A DNA stretch of 55,428 nt, filler included, from Sphacelaria rigidula (lineage: Eukaryota), in assembly GCA_964200075.2 (NCBI GenBank). It is 5 parts of 5 records of this genome, joined end to end, with 100 filler letters (N's around TTAATTAATTAA, not from the genome) between each part and the next. Parts side by side here need not be neighbours in the genome. Positions count along the whole stretch, not along the records: positions 11,109 to 22,115 come from CAXNAA020005546.1; positions 22,216 to 33,220 come from CAXNAA020005547.1; 3 more parts are not named here. One strand, 5' to 3'. A model generated the notes under the pieces. It was not told the origin of the DNA. It searched no databases and saw only the letters and a program-made list of their open reading frames with translations. Below are positions 11,906 to 24,186 of the stretch, piece after piece. A program made the translations under genes and the position numbers. Every line of letters begins with the position of its first letter. Positions within the stretch are counted from its first letter, which is position 1.

Positions 11906-12559
11906 GACAGAAGGTAATATATCCTTTTGATTTCTCACTGTTGTGCGGACGAATAATGATACCTCTATGTTGTAGGTGGCATATTCAAGGGAGACTTGCG
12001 GCGGCGAAAAACAAACATATTTACTCTGGATGGGGCGGGACAAAAATGAATCCACCACCCCACAGTATCCAAGGGAAATAATCAGGAGGTGTTATCTACC
12101 GTTTCTGCATACTGCACATAAATGGCGATGCCCCTGAAGCGCGAGAGGCATGTACTCAGACCGAGACCCTACCCCATTGTCAAATACCTTCGTCGCGCGG
12201 GGAAAAGAGCAGCAGAATATTATTATCACTCGCCCCAAACGCTCACGGCGTGTTACCCAACACATCATCCTTGAGCGGGGTAGACAACAAGTGTTCCCTA
12301 TTGGGAAATCACCCCGGGTGATATTCACCGCTCCGCACACCTGCCGTACAGTTTTCTCCGTGGCGTCATACCTCTAGTTCCAACCTAAGCAAGCTGGACG
12401 AGAAAATATCAGGACGGTTTGTATGCCACCCCGAGCAGTGTTACCTGCGTCAAGTACACTCGGATAAATCCCCTGCTCCCAACACTCCCATACGATCGCC
12501 TCTGTCGTTGTTTGCTTTTGGCGAATCCATTTTTATTTTCCATCAATTAAATCATTCAC

Positions 12560-12800
12560 GTTTCGGACGAATCATCGCCGGTTTGAATCACCAAATCGAC
12601 GATTTATCAGGCCTGATCGCTCGAGAGAGAAACAAAAGTTGACCGCTGGTCCAAAAGGCCTCCACGCAATTTCTGCGCCAGACCACGTGCCTGGGCTGAG
12701 CGTACCTGGGTTGCAACGCAAAAACCAAGGCCCAAGGATTGATTCATTCGTACGGTACGAATCAATTACACTGAAATCAAGTAATTTCCAGACGAATCAC
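12560..12800. repeat. Dispersed repeat family C (GACGAATC-bounded)
   Basis: Reverse-complement similarity to 14440-14690 and 40305-40545. A partial copy lies at 44268-44324. Confidence 0.75.
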
Positions 12801-12907
12801 CACTTCGTCCTACCTCCGAAATCGTTGACGTCGGCACAACGGGAGGATGGCTTTCGGGTATCCTCCTCTCCCTGTTCATCTGACCAGTTCTCACCAGTTC
12901 ATCTCAC

Positions 12908-12982
12908 CTTCACTTCTAACCTAAGCAAGCTAGCTTTCTCCGCTTCCACGCACGCCAAGTCGACAATCTCCTTGACAAGCAT
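12908..12982 (-). CDS. Probable exon of unknown gene (MLVKEIVDLACVEAEKASLLRLEVK)
   Basis: tgcag| acceptor and AAG|GTGAGA donor, 75 nt, phase 0/0. Compatible with the 13930 donor. Confidence 0.5.
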
Positions 12983-13329
12983 CTGCATCTCCAAACAAAC
13001 AATTTTGCGCAGCAACTCGGCCCGCTGCGTGATGGGTAGAAAAAAAACATACACACACACACGAAAAAAAATGGGTTAGACAGCTTGAGTTGTGTTGATC
13101 GACGTGTGTGATTGGACAGTGCGAAGAGAACCCCACACTTTCCTCAAGAGTCCAGCCTGTGGGACGGTTCGAGGATCATGAGTTCACCCCCCTGCCCTCT
13201 CCCCCTCAACCAACCACTGTTTGTTGACACAACGTGTCAACACAGCAGCGGTTGGCTTCAGACCCTCGAAGTGCTTTTTGAGATCCGCGGCTATAGACAA
13301 GAGCCGCCGACCACTGATGTCGCTGCTGT

Positions 13330-13610
13330 GGATGCGCATCCTTACAAAGCCGGCACAGAGCACGCCGGGTTTTCGCCAAACCAGGCCCGCAGTCAATCAC
13401 CAAGCGCCAAGCGCCGTACTGTGATCGACGAGTCGCATGAAGGGTGAGCTGTATCCTGCTAAGTTTGTTTCGTCAGAAGTGTACCGATTATCTTGCATTT
13501 GGATGACAGTCTCCGATCAGTTGCTTCATATTTTGGGATCGGCACTTCCAGAGACAAGCCACGGGTTATGCACTGCCTCATGGGCGTCTCACCGTTTAAA
13601 CGCCATTGAC
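13330..13610. repeat. Dispersed repeat family A copy; ends approximate
   Basis: CGCATCCTTACAAAGCCGGCACAGAGCACGCCGGG... is colinear with 2735-3000. Confidence 0.75.
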
Positions 13611-13929
13611 CACCATCCCGTTCGACACGGAGCTGTTGGTACGGGGTAAAAACAAAAAGCGAAGATCTTGAGATGTTCAAGAACGTCTTCGGACTGGGCA
13701 CTACCTTGAAGTTGAGAAATTCGACCCCTTCCTCTGACTGTCCTTGCCATAAACATCAAGCCTGATCGCAAAGAGGAGGTGTGGTGTGATTTCCCGCTAG
13801 CATGCGAGAATAGAGCCAGACTGAGCCTGCTTTTTGGTTTCTTGTTAGGGGGCCGATATGGCACACGAACACAACACAAACGAAAAAAAAAAAGTGGTTT
13901 ATGTCCTCGTATGTGCAACAAGCACGTAC

Positions 13930-14175
13930 CACCGCCTTCTCTTCCGCCTCGCGCCGCCTCTGCAGCTCGGCCTGGGAAACTTCTGGCTCCACGGGAGCGA
14001 GCAATCTGGACTCTGCAGTCGCCGCGGATCCTCTCTCGTCGGTGACACCGTTTTCACCGACGGCACCAGCATTTACGTTACCGCTAGACGGCTGCCCCCG
14101 CGGGGCGCGTCCTTGGATAACGACGGTCACCGATTTGGAAGATTTTCTAGAGCCAGATCCTGTTCCCAGAGTGCG
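13930..14175 (-). CDS. Exon of unknown protein (…AELQRRREAEEKAV)
   Basis: Pyrimidine tract with ccgcag| acceptor and GTG|GTACGT donor. 246 nt open, phase 0/0, GC-rich. Confidence 0.7.
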
Positions 14176-14439
14176 CTGCGGAAATTTTCGAACCGGTGAG
14201 TGAAGAGGAGAAATGAAAGTGTGCGAACGCGTCAGAAAGTGCGCAGGCGAACCAGAATAAGCCTTGTCCGTAGTCTAGTCATGCGAGTAGACTGCTACGG
14301 TCACGCCTGGCGGACGCCAGATGGATCACAAGTATTTCCGGATGCGAAGGGTGAAACCACGGGGGGGTTTTCCTCGTTTCTTCTCGGTTGGCGATCTTTG
14401 CTTCTCGACTCTGAATATTCAAGGGTCGGACAAACCAAA

Positions 14440-14690
14440 TATTCGTCTGGAAATTACTTGTTTTTAGTTTCATTGGTTCGAATCGTACGAATCAATCGAT
14501 CCCCAGGCTTTGTTTTCAGCGTTGCAACCCAGGTACACGCAGTCCAGACACGTGGAATGGCCCAAAAGTTGTGCGATACCCCTTGCACCAGCGGTCAACT
14601 TTTTTCTCCCTTTTGGGGAATCAGGCCAAAGAAATCGTGGATTTGGTTATTTGAACCCGTGATGATTCGTTCTAGCCGTGGAAAATTTTT
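14440..14690. repeat. Dispersed repeat family C copy
   Basis: ATTCGTCTGGAAATTACTTG...GAATCAATC...AACCCAGGTAC.CGCAG...GATGATTCGT matches 40305-40545. Confidence 0.75.
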
Positions 14691-15709
14691 GTGCTTGACT
14701 CCACGAGTCGCCTGGGGGCGATCCCGCTTAACTCAACTCTTCGCCAAGTAGGGGCTGCTTTCTGGCGCAACCAGTCAGTACACTGGATCCTGTTGGGACA
14801 GTGCGTCTGCGGCAAATCGCCGCCGGAGGCACACCCCACCGAAGACACATTTTCAGGCGATTTGGCTGCACTACTCGTAGAGCAGAAAAAAATATTTCAC
14901 CTACGGCGTCATTAGACGGGTTTCCGTTGAATAATGAGACATCATAATGGGACGGACATAACCACGGAAATAACTGCCTGATTATTTTTCGAGTACTATC
15001 AGTACACCTACCAGTACCGATAGTAGTGCCAGTATGTACTCGCCTAGCAACTAGCCTCATCACCAAGGGTTTTTTTACATGACCGGCGTAGTTTTTGTCT
15101 TCCCCGCGCGTCCATGTGCCCCTGGTCTGGTTCCAATATGGTCATTTGGGAATTGTGCCCAGTTCACAGATGATCACGACAGCTCACCCTGCACGTGAAC
15201 AGCCGTGCTTGTTAACGCTCTCATTAGCAAACAAAAAAAAACGTTTGGAGGGGTGTTGTTCTCGTTCACGTGGCGTGAAAAATGCACTTGGAACTGTTCC
15301 GAGATTAACTCCAGACAGCAGCACTATTGAAAAGGGGTGTACGGGTTTCAAAGGTTAGGATAACATGAAAAACATGCAGAGTGTATCAGCCGGAGACAAC
15401 GGAAAATCTTATCAAGACGGATTTTCGTAAATCGAGGCAGTCACGACCCCCCACCACCACCACCAGAAAAGTTGGCAACATTCCATCGAGATCTTCCGGT
15501 TGATGGTTTTGTATAAAGATATCTTCAAAGAAAATCTACTTTCACGGAGAGTACTAGCTTTCCGTCGTTGAAACCATGAGGACATGAGCAACAAAGACGA
15601 TTTGATGAGCGCCGATGAGCTAATGCAACCCGCCATGACAAACGTTAACCAGCCACCTTCTGCGTCGCCCGTCCGATCGCACCCCACACACTACACTATT
15701 GCTCCACAC

Positions 15710-16985
15710 CTGGAGCGACCGCAACACGCCCTTCTTCTTGGTAGAGACTCCGGGATCGCCGTCCGTGCTTCCCGTGGATCGTCTCCTCGTAATATTCCAT
15801 CGACTGTTGACCTTCGAGGTGGTGCTCGGGGTGTAGAAGACGCTGGATCCCCGTTCGGACGCAGTCGGGGTCACCGTCGATTCCCTTATTTCCTCCAACT
15901 CGGCAGCCTCGGTAGACAGTGTGCGGCGCCGCCGTTGCTGCAACGACGAGACCTGGCCGCCGCTATATTTGTTGGCGGCGCGGGTATTCGTGCTGACAGC
16001 GGCCGCGGATACCACCCTCGACCTACCGGCCGCTGCCGTCGCCCCTGTCGCCGACTCGGGAGACGATAGCCCCTCTTCGCCTGGGAAGCTGCTACATCGC
16101 TTGAAAGTGTCAGGCCGCCGCCGCTCGACATGCGACATCACCGTCGAAGAAGGGGCATCGGCTGCGGAATCGGAAGGTACCATCCCCGCGGTCGGCTCTG
16201 GCGGAGAATGATCGGACGAAGGAATATTGGTCTGCGAGGAAGACGAAAACATGCGCAACCTCGACATCCCAGCCCCGCGATCGGCACTTCTGATGGAGCC
16301 GGCGGTTGATAACGCCCGCCGCCGATCGCCGCCGCCGCCAAACAAGCGAGTGTGCTTCTTCTTGCCGGTATTTCCACCGCCATCTTTCCTCGCGGTCCCT
16401 TCAGACACCATCTGCAACCCCCCCCCGTCGCCCTCCGTCACTGCGGAAGAACTCGCCCGTCGCCGGCCCCCGAACTTCCCGCCGAGGCCAAAGAAGCTGC
16501 GCGTGCGACCGGTGCGCTCGCCGTCACCGTCCTCGAGGTTGTCAGCAACGCTACCACCACCGCCGCCGCCGCCACTGATTGTATCAGTACCACTACTCAC
16601 GGACAGCCGCCCGCTACCGTCTCTGGAGGTCTCACATTCCACCACGTCGGGGGCGGAGTCCCGCGACAGCCAGCGCTTCCGCCGCTCTCCTGTCCCCCAC
16701 CCCCGTAGAGGCAGATTGAAGCTTCGGCTTCGGCTGCGAGAGCTCTCATCCGGCGGATTCGATCGCGAGCGACCGGTGTCACTAGTGACACCGGTGCCGC
16801 CGCCGGAACTGCGCTGTAAGGAGCGCCCGCGTGTCTGTGCACGCAGCGCGACGGTGTTGGCGATCACGGCGGCTCGGGCAGCTCGCGCGGTTTTGTCGGT
16901 TTTTGCTTGGGTTACGACGCGCTCGTAGTCATCCCACTCTGGTCCGTTCATGCCCACGGCAGAATCGGCAAGCTGTCTAGCCAGT
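15710..16985 (-). CDS. Large exon of unknown Ser/Gly/Arg-rich low-complexity protein
   Basis: GC-rich part of the 525-aa ORF, with ttttcag| acceptor (phase 2) and CAG|GTGTGG donor (phase 0, matches 14175). No domain recognised. Confidence 0.8.
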
Positions 16986-17054
16986 CTGAAAATAGGAAAT
17001 GGCACAAGTCGACCAATCCATGGCGACATAAACATACGAGAACGTGGGAAAGGG

Positions 17055-17560
17055 GGGAGGGGTGTACTCATATACTCAAACTTCTGGATGCCGTAGTCAG
17101 AAGACCGATGACCCCGCATCCCTACAGAGCCGGGACGTAGCGCGCCGGTATTTCGCCGAACCAGGCTCGCAATCAATCGCCGTGATGTGTTCCGCAAGCC
17201 GCATGAGCGATTATTTGCATCCCACTGAGATTGTTCCGTCCGTAGCGTACTGATTATCTTGCATATATGGGTGACAGCCTCGAATGAGCTGCTTCATTTT
17301 CCAGTCTCGCCATTTAAACTCTACGCAGTACGAGCATCCCCGCTGCGCAGAGGTGAGCTTCTCGCACACCGAACAATATGGTCTAACTCGACCATCATGA
17401 TCGCCGCAAAAAACGCAAGCGAGAAAACAGTTACGTGATTATTGCTTATCTTACCCAGTGAGTGGCGTGTTTTGCAGCATCGTTGCCATCCCACGCAAAC
17501 CCTCAGAGGGGGGGAGGAGGCGTACTCATTTGTTGCTTGCCCTAGTCGTTTGACCACTGA
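17055..17560. repeat. Dispersed repeat family A copy; ends approximate
   Basis: Colinear with 2690-3230 and 60-560. Confidence 0.7.
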
Positions 17561-17569
17561 CCACGCATC

Positions 17570-17642
17570 CATACCCTGGACAATAGATTCCATACTGTAC
17601 GCAGTACATTCTTTGACCGTGTATTCTATTGTCCAGGGTATG
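17570..17642. mobile_element. 73-bp hAT-like mini-MITE with 8-bp target-site duplication
   Basis: Perfect 18-bp TIRs CATACCCTGGACAATAGA / TCTATTGTCCAGGGTATG, flanked on both sides by CACGCATC. Confidence 0.8.
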
Positions 17643-18232
17643 CACGCATCCCTTTCGAGACGGAGCACCGTTTCTATTCCAAATAGAGCCTCAGAGGGGG
17701 GGGGGGGGGGGACGCCACAAAAAACACGACCCACCCCACTACGTCTGGGGGAAACAACAACACGCAAAATTNNNNNNNNNNTTTTGTCCAGGGTATGCAC
17801 GCATCTCTTTGGGAACGGAGCACTCTTTCTATTCCAAAGAGGGCTTGAGTGGGGGGGGGGGGGTAACGCACAGAGAACCCTAGCGATCCTAACTAGTCGG
17901 AGGGAAATGCAAACAAGCCATATTTTGGTCTGAGAAGAAATACAGCTGTCCACCCTTCGCAAGGCCTGCCTGCGAAAGCCAATTGCTTCGCACGCGTGAG
18001 TCCGTCATCTCATCGGTGTCACCAATATCATTTGCCTATCCCAGAGCTGACGGACACGGAGGGAACGGACGACGAGGAACATGCCTTCATGATAGACAAG
18101 GTGTCGATTTCCCGCCCTGTATGATGAGGTTTGTGGTCTGACGTAATCTATCTAGGAGGAATTGCGGCGAGTCAGGGAAGACTCGCAGCGGAACGGAGCT
18201 GATCGCTCCACAGCTGATGCGTGAGCAGGGCA

Positions 18233-18335
18233 CTGATTGATTGATTGATTGTCGCACTTTAACTGACCCCCCAGCGGTCCAGCCGTGATCTCATAATAGA
18301 CGTAACCAAGAAAAACGAAAACTGAAACACGCTCT
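18233..18335 (-). mobile_element. Retroposon 3' end with (CAAT)n tail
   Basis: Near-identical to 3340-3436 and 53776-53900. Confidence 0.65.
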
Positions 18336-18615
18336 GAGAAAAAAAGAAGGGAAAGAAAAAAAAAAAGAGTCACTGGGTACATTCAAGTAGCATAACACGA
18401 TCGATGCAGGGCAATGAAAACGCGAGCACATACCTACCTGGGACAAGGACAAAAAAATCGATATCAAACAGGGCCACTCTCCTTGTCGCCCACGATGGTC
18501 CAGCGGAGACAGGGCATGGTACAGTAAACCTCTTGCCAACTCGAAAAAAGGAATACACACACGCAAACATACGACTAGAATAAAAGAGTATACATATATT
18601 CACGCTGTCACCCAC

Positions 18616-18677
18616 CCTCTGGGCAAGGTCCTCATGTGCTCCTCCAGCAGACGAATGCGACGTTCGTAGTCGTAGAC
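18616..18677 (-). CDS. Probable exon of unknown gene (VYDYERRIRLLEEHMRTLPR)
   Basis: Pyrimidine-rich ...cattag| acceptor. GG|GTGGGT donor is phase 2, matching 16985. The peptide looks coiled-coil-like. Confidence 0.6.
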
Positions 18678-21365
18678 CTAATGAGATGGGGAAACGAAAT
18701 CGAGAAAGAAAACGGAAAAATCCACCGAGGCACGACGGACGGGCGGGAGAGCGGGGCGGAGGGAGGTCGACGGGTGTTAGTTGAGCCGCCGACCTTGAAA
18801 ACCGCAGCGCGCCGCTGCGATATAGCAGCAGTGCTGGGCAGGAATCCGGGCCGGGGCGAGCAAGTTTGTTCTTGCTCAAGGGAGGTCTCTTTGAAGACAG
18901 GGGAGGATTTATCCCGAAATATTGATTAGACTACGATGGGGGGGGGGGGGGGGGAATGGGGCGGATTTGAGCCACTTGTTGCACGATATAGCTATTTGAA
19001 GCGACGATGCAGGCTGCGAAGTTTGCTTGGAGGTTCTTTGGTGTCGAGACACCACGATTTTTCACACGGCCTGGAAGCGTTTCCACAAGTATTCTCGTAA
19101 TGAGATTGCGGGTCTTCGTGTTGTTGCACACCCCCTCCCGTCCTTTATCATACGTCATCATTCAACAGCGTCTCGAGAATCGGTGGAAATGACATGATGG
19201 ACTCTGATGGCATCACGGACGGCTATCCGACAAAAGAAAGAGGCCAGAACAAAATGGGTGCTCATCGGCATTGGATCATAAGAGGGGAAGGGGGGGGTCA
19301 TACATTTCTCCACGTGGACCGCATGTGTTTCCATCACGGCTGTGCACGCAGCGATGTATCATGAGCAGTCACGAAAACATCTTGAGGGGAGGCGGGAGTG
19401 ATGCCATCATATTTTCTCCCTGCGACGTTTTTTTTTCCCGGTGTACGCGGGTGCATCTACTCTTCTTATTTACGTCTTGCGCATCAGATTATTAGGAAAA
19501 ATCAACATAAAAAAAAACGAGAATCATTCATGCGAACAAAAAAAAACGCCATTCCCGTTCGTGTTTCATTACATTACATTCTACCCGCTGACGGCTGCAA
19601 GTAAAAAAATCCCCATTCTAGACAAGAAAAAAAGAGACGGTGCATATATTTTTTAACGGACAAATCCCACTCTCGTTAAAAAAACGTTGTCACAAGCTTC
19701 TTGGGGGCTCTCGTGTTCAAAGGTCACACAGCCGCAACACAGTGCAAGCACGAAACAACCGACGTGCAATAAGTTGAGTTCTTCGAACCAAAAAATAGTG
19801 GAAAATGTAACACATTTTCCATGACCACACAAACCACTCCACTAAAAACGGTAAAAGGAGATAAAAACAACACGACTCTAAATGTATCAACTTTCAACCA
19901 ATACCAAACGTATAAATATACAAACTTCAGAGTCACAGCAAAGCGTTGAAAAAAATAAGCACAACCATCCCCCATTTAAAAACAATATTTACTGTTGTCA
20001 GTCACCAGACAGTAAATGAAGGATACTTGACGCCTCATCATGCCGCAACGATACTCCAACTGTTCACAACCCTCCCCTCTCCCCCCTCCCCCCGCCTCCG
20101 TCACACATCAAGCTCCGACACGCGGTCAGCAATGAATTAATTAGTGCTCCCTCCGTTCCGTACCATAAGCTGGACAAGGATTTTCCGAATATAAGCGTGG
20201 TTCGTCATTCAAGGTGGTTAAACGAGATTTTTGCATTATTTTTATTCATCATGCTTCCATCGGTAGTACGATTGAAGAAATCGCTGAAAACAGGGGATGG
20301 TAATTCATCCCCTCTCCTGGATTTTTTTTTATCCGGGCGGGTTTTCGAAGATCTGACCAGTAAGTAAAACTGGAGTGTCGTTTTTTCTCTCGTGCGGAAC
20401 GAGGAAAAGCATTTTTTCCGGGGTTTTTTGTGAACTCTTGGGTATATATAGAGAGCGTGTTCTAGACCGACACTTGACAAACACACACACACACATTCAT
20501 TTTGACCGGAGGAAAAAACACAGGGTGTCACAAAAGGAAGCTTCAAACAGGACAATTGACATGAAGGAAAAAAGAAAAAAAAAGAAAAAATGTGTAGCTT
20601 TCGAAGAAAACGGTACGTCTAAGGTAGGGAATCGAACTTTTGACCTTCAATGTACGTCGTCAACCTCACTTTTTTTTTTGAAAAAGTCCGAACCACGCTT
20701 ATATTACGGAACGGAGGGAGCAACGGGGCAAAGGAGCTGCAACAAGTGGAGGATAAAATAATGGACATACCCAGCGCAATCAACAGTTCAATTTAATTCG
20801 GGTTGTCTACTCCCGCACGCCGCCTCGGTGCATCTCAACCGCTGCTCCACATAACACGGAAAACACCGGCGACAAACATTTTCCGGCGGCGATCGATGCC
20901 TTCGTTGTTCTTCCCAAAGACAAAAAATCGGAATGAACGTCGAATCCCCAGATCCAATGACGTGTAACGGAATCCAGTATCCTACTGATAACCAGGAACT
21001 CTTTGGGCACACCATACGTGGAACCGCACATATCTGGCGAGTCAGTTTCCACTCGAGCATGATGGTGACTGACTCAACAGATGGAAGACACACCTTGACA
21101 CTTCAACGGCCGAAAAACAAAACACACACACGAACAAGGGGCCTACACAAAAACAAAAAAAAAACTATTCATTTGGAGCCCTTACACCGTACGGATTTAT
21201 GATCATCCTCGAGGTGACGATTTTACTGCCGGGGACAGCAAAGACTGTCCCCACCCCCCCACCGCCTCTAACGCGAACGGACGGGAACGCTCGGACAAGC
21301 CACGCGACAAAGGCGGCGAAGCCTACACCCCATGCGAAAGAATAGCAGTCGTTGGAAAATGGTAC

Positions 21366-21512
21366 CATGTCGGCACAGTGGGGTAGGTGGCGTCTACAGC
21401 TGTCGAGAACTACGGCAACGGCGACAACGAGGGTGGCCAACAGGGTGAGCGCGAAAAACGATGAGCTTTGACGGCCAGCGGCGGCAACCTTATCAGCGGT
21501 TAGCTTGGCTAC
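21366..21512 (-). CDS. Probable exon with hydrophobic (transmembrane-like) segment; donor uncertain
   Basis: catcag| acceptor in phase 0. Translates VAKLTADKVAAAGRQSSSFFALTLLATLVVAVAVVLDSC... Confidence 0.45.
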
Positions 21513-21890
21513 CTGATGGATGATGACAGTTGACGAACGATGATGGTGGTGGTGGTGGTGGTGGTGGTGGATGATGACGATGATGAACGATGACGATGGA
21601 TGATGATCATCATGGACGGTCACGATCATGGTGATAACGATGGGTGATGACGATGACGGGCGATGTATGATAATGAGTATCATGACGATTATGAATGATC
21701 AATGATCCGTATGAGGAAAATCACGCCAGGGATGCGGGAGAAAAAAAAAACATCAGCAAGCACCACAATGAATAATCCATCCAGCAAACGGGCCAACAGC
21801 TGATCGAAGCATCAACCGAAAACCCACAGCGAGCCCGACAACGGGGAAAAAAACACTCACACATACTGGAGGGTTAATGACTTGGCGAAC

Positions 21891-22042
21891 CTCCCCCCCC
21901 CGGCCCAAAAGGTATGAAGATGCACTCGTCTGCGTACCACGATCCTTTGTGTCAGCTCTAGAGATGTACGAGCAGCGGTCAAGGTTGTACAGCGATGCCA
22001 TTTCCTGTTCTAGTTTCACGATTCTGGATATTATGTGGTCTC
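21891..22042 (-). CDS. Probable exon of unknown gene (DHIISRIVKLEQEMASLYNLDRC...GRGGE)
   Basis: caacag| acceptor. GAG|GTTCGC donor is phase 0, matching 21512. Confidence 0.45.
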
Positions 22043-22115
22043 CTGTTGTCCAATCGGTCTCATACGTATCTTTCGTAGTGTGGGTGCCCTTTCTTCGTGT
22101 AGATGTTTTTGTTTC

Positions 22116-22215
22116 NNNNNNNNNNNNNNNNNNNNNNNNNNNNNNNNNNNNNNNNNNNNTTAATTAATTAANNNNNNNNNNNNNNNNNNNNNNNNNNNNN
22201 NNNNNNNNNNNNNNN
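22116..22215. other. Artificial 100-bp contig linker
   Basis: N44-TTAATTAATTAA-N44. Confidence 0.98.
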
Positions 22216-22959
22216 TATGGGTCCATATTTTCTCGCTGATTAAACCCCATGTCTAGTAATTCCTATACCTGAGGGAGATAGCGCCAATACTAAAATCTAT
22301 ATAAACTCCCGATCGATGCATTTAGCGGATGGCGACGAATTGGTGTAAAAGAGTGCCGAATAAAAAAAGAAATGGGCCCTCATCTTTTTTTTTTTCATAG
22401 AGGTTAGGGCGTTCTCGTGAAGAAATTATCTTTACCATAGTAGAACGCCCTAAACTAGTGAAAAATATTGAAAAAATCAACCTGACCCACTTTTTTTTTG
22501 TCAATTATGCCTTGCAGAGCGTCCATACAAAATTTCAATATACGAAAACCAAGCACGGGCCGGTGAGTGGCCTGCGAAATACTGTTCCGAATTTCTACCG
22601 ACCCGGTTTTGTAAAGGCCCACGGTCCCGCCAATATTTAGAGTTGAACCCTGAAATTTGGTATGGACAATGGTTGCTATGACACTGCAAGGAGTATAAAC
22701 TGCAGCGGAATAGGGCATGAAAAAAATAATTACATCGGCACCAGAAGGTCTTTTTTTTTCATGAGTTATGGGCAATAATCAGTTTTAAGGTTTCAGTAAA
22801 ATGCCTGCAACTCATGAAAAAAAAAAAACTTCTGGTGCCGATATAATTTTTTTTCATGCCCTATTCATGGTTCATACCAAATTTCAGGGTCTAACTCCAA
22901 ATACTGGCGGGAGCATGGGCCTGCAAACTTCAAATCCGCCTCTAGGCTGGCCCAACTTG
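22216..22959. mobile_element. Foldback/MITE family B copy, truncated at contig start
   Basis: Reverse complement of about 10228-10940. Ends GGCTGGCCCAACTTG|TA. Confidence 0.8.
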
Positions 22960-23245
22960 TATACTTCCATTACTTCCATCACGTCCATCACGTCCATCGG
23001 GCTGATGCGGGAAACTGAAGAAGCTAGTTATCGTGTGCCCGAGGCATGGAATTCAATTTACGGCTGGCCTAGCTCGTCCAGCTCTAACAATACAGAATGC
23101 CGCGCATCTGGGTTCCCTTGTTCAGTCGCCCGCGTCGTTCCATCCCTTCCCTGTGGAGCAATTGCATGTAAGGCATGTCAGGGCTGCATTTGGTTGCATA
23201 TGTAAACGTGTTTAATGAAATTGGTCACCCTAACACCCCAACCAG

Positions 23246-23455
23246 ATGTTCCTGTTCGTATTTCTGGCGAGAAACAAGTCCAAGGATGTCAGCCGGGTCA
23301 GGGATATTTGCGAGTACTTGGTGGGTTTGGAAGTGCCGACGACTATGCTCATTTTTCCGGAGGGGACGGACCTGAGTCCATCCAATCACCAGAAGAGTCT
23401 CGACTTCGCTAGAAAGGAAGGCCTCGCGGAGTACCAGTACGTTCTACATCCCAAG
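23246..23455 (+). CDS. LCLAT1: LCLAT1-like (lysocardiolipin/LPAT) acyltransferase exon containing the FPEGTD motif
   Basis: Translates FVFLARN..KD...LIFPEGTDLS...YVLHPK, matching PlsC-family motifs. accag|ATG acceptor and AAG|GTCAGT donor. Upstream exons are not on this contig. Confidence 0.9.
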
Positions 23456-24186
23456 GTCAGTATTAGAAGTATTGTTAGCATCTGGTATTAGAATAGTATT
23501 TGTATGTACAGCTGTATCTGAAGTCACGTGTGTATGTGATGTTGATGTTGATGTTGCGTAAGATGTAAGATATCGCGGAGATTGTGCGCTGTTTTTTTTC
23601 TCATCTTCTGACCTGACTTGAACTGCTTTAATCCACATGGTCGAGGCGGATGCCATATAAGTATATGCAAGTAGTATACGTATGCATACAGTAGACAGAC
23701 AGCACACTACAGCAGCGGTGGCTCTATAACGGTCATCTCAAGTGACGGGATTATTATATCATTCTAGCACGTGACCCCCGAACCAAATAGAGATAGCAGT
23801 CAACGTAACATCAAAGTCGGCAAAGTTAATGCGCGTGATATATATATATATATATACGTATATATAACACGATAGCCAACAGTAACATGCACACTGACAA
23901 GATTCCAGTTAGGGATGCTCATCGGGTCCAAAACATGTAAGATTTTTATCCAAAACGTTTCCCGGATCTTCCTGATAGAGAAATCGCGCAAGTCAATGAG
24001 ATGCGAATGAGCCGTCCGGTCGGTTGGAACAGAAGCGCAGAAGCACCCCTTTTAGCTGCATTGCATCGCCCGTACAGTCTGTTTATTCATTTTCACCTCA
24101 AAAGTGTGTCAATGACCACGCAGATTACTCACCCTGGGGATGGCTGTAAAGGTCAAAACAAAGCCGAACTAAACGCGCAGTAAGTA

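Noticed and set aside
9840-12187. Splicing contig-2 exons onto the kinase exons (phases happen to match at 12100/9840)
   Set aside because: It crosses an artificial linker between size-sorted contigs, and a phase match has a one-in-three chance.
12100-12982. MutL/GHKL-like motif from a putative splice: LVKEIVDLA...LEVK|VFDNGVG..EYMPLALQGH
   Set aside because: The N-box Asn is absent, no later G boxes are seen, and the exon junction is one of several possible. It would need HHpred support.
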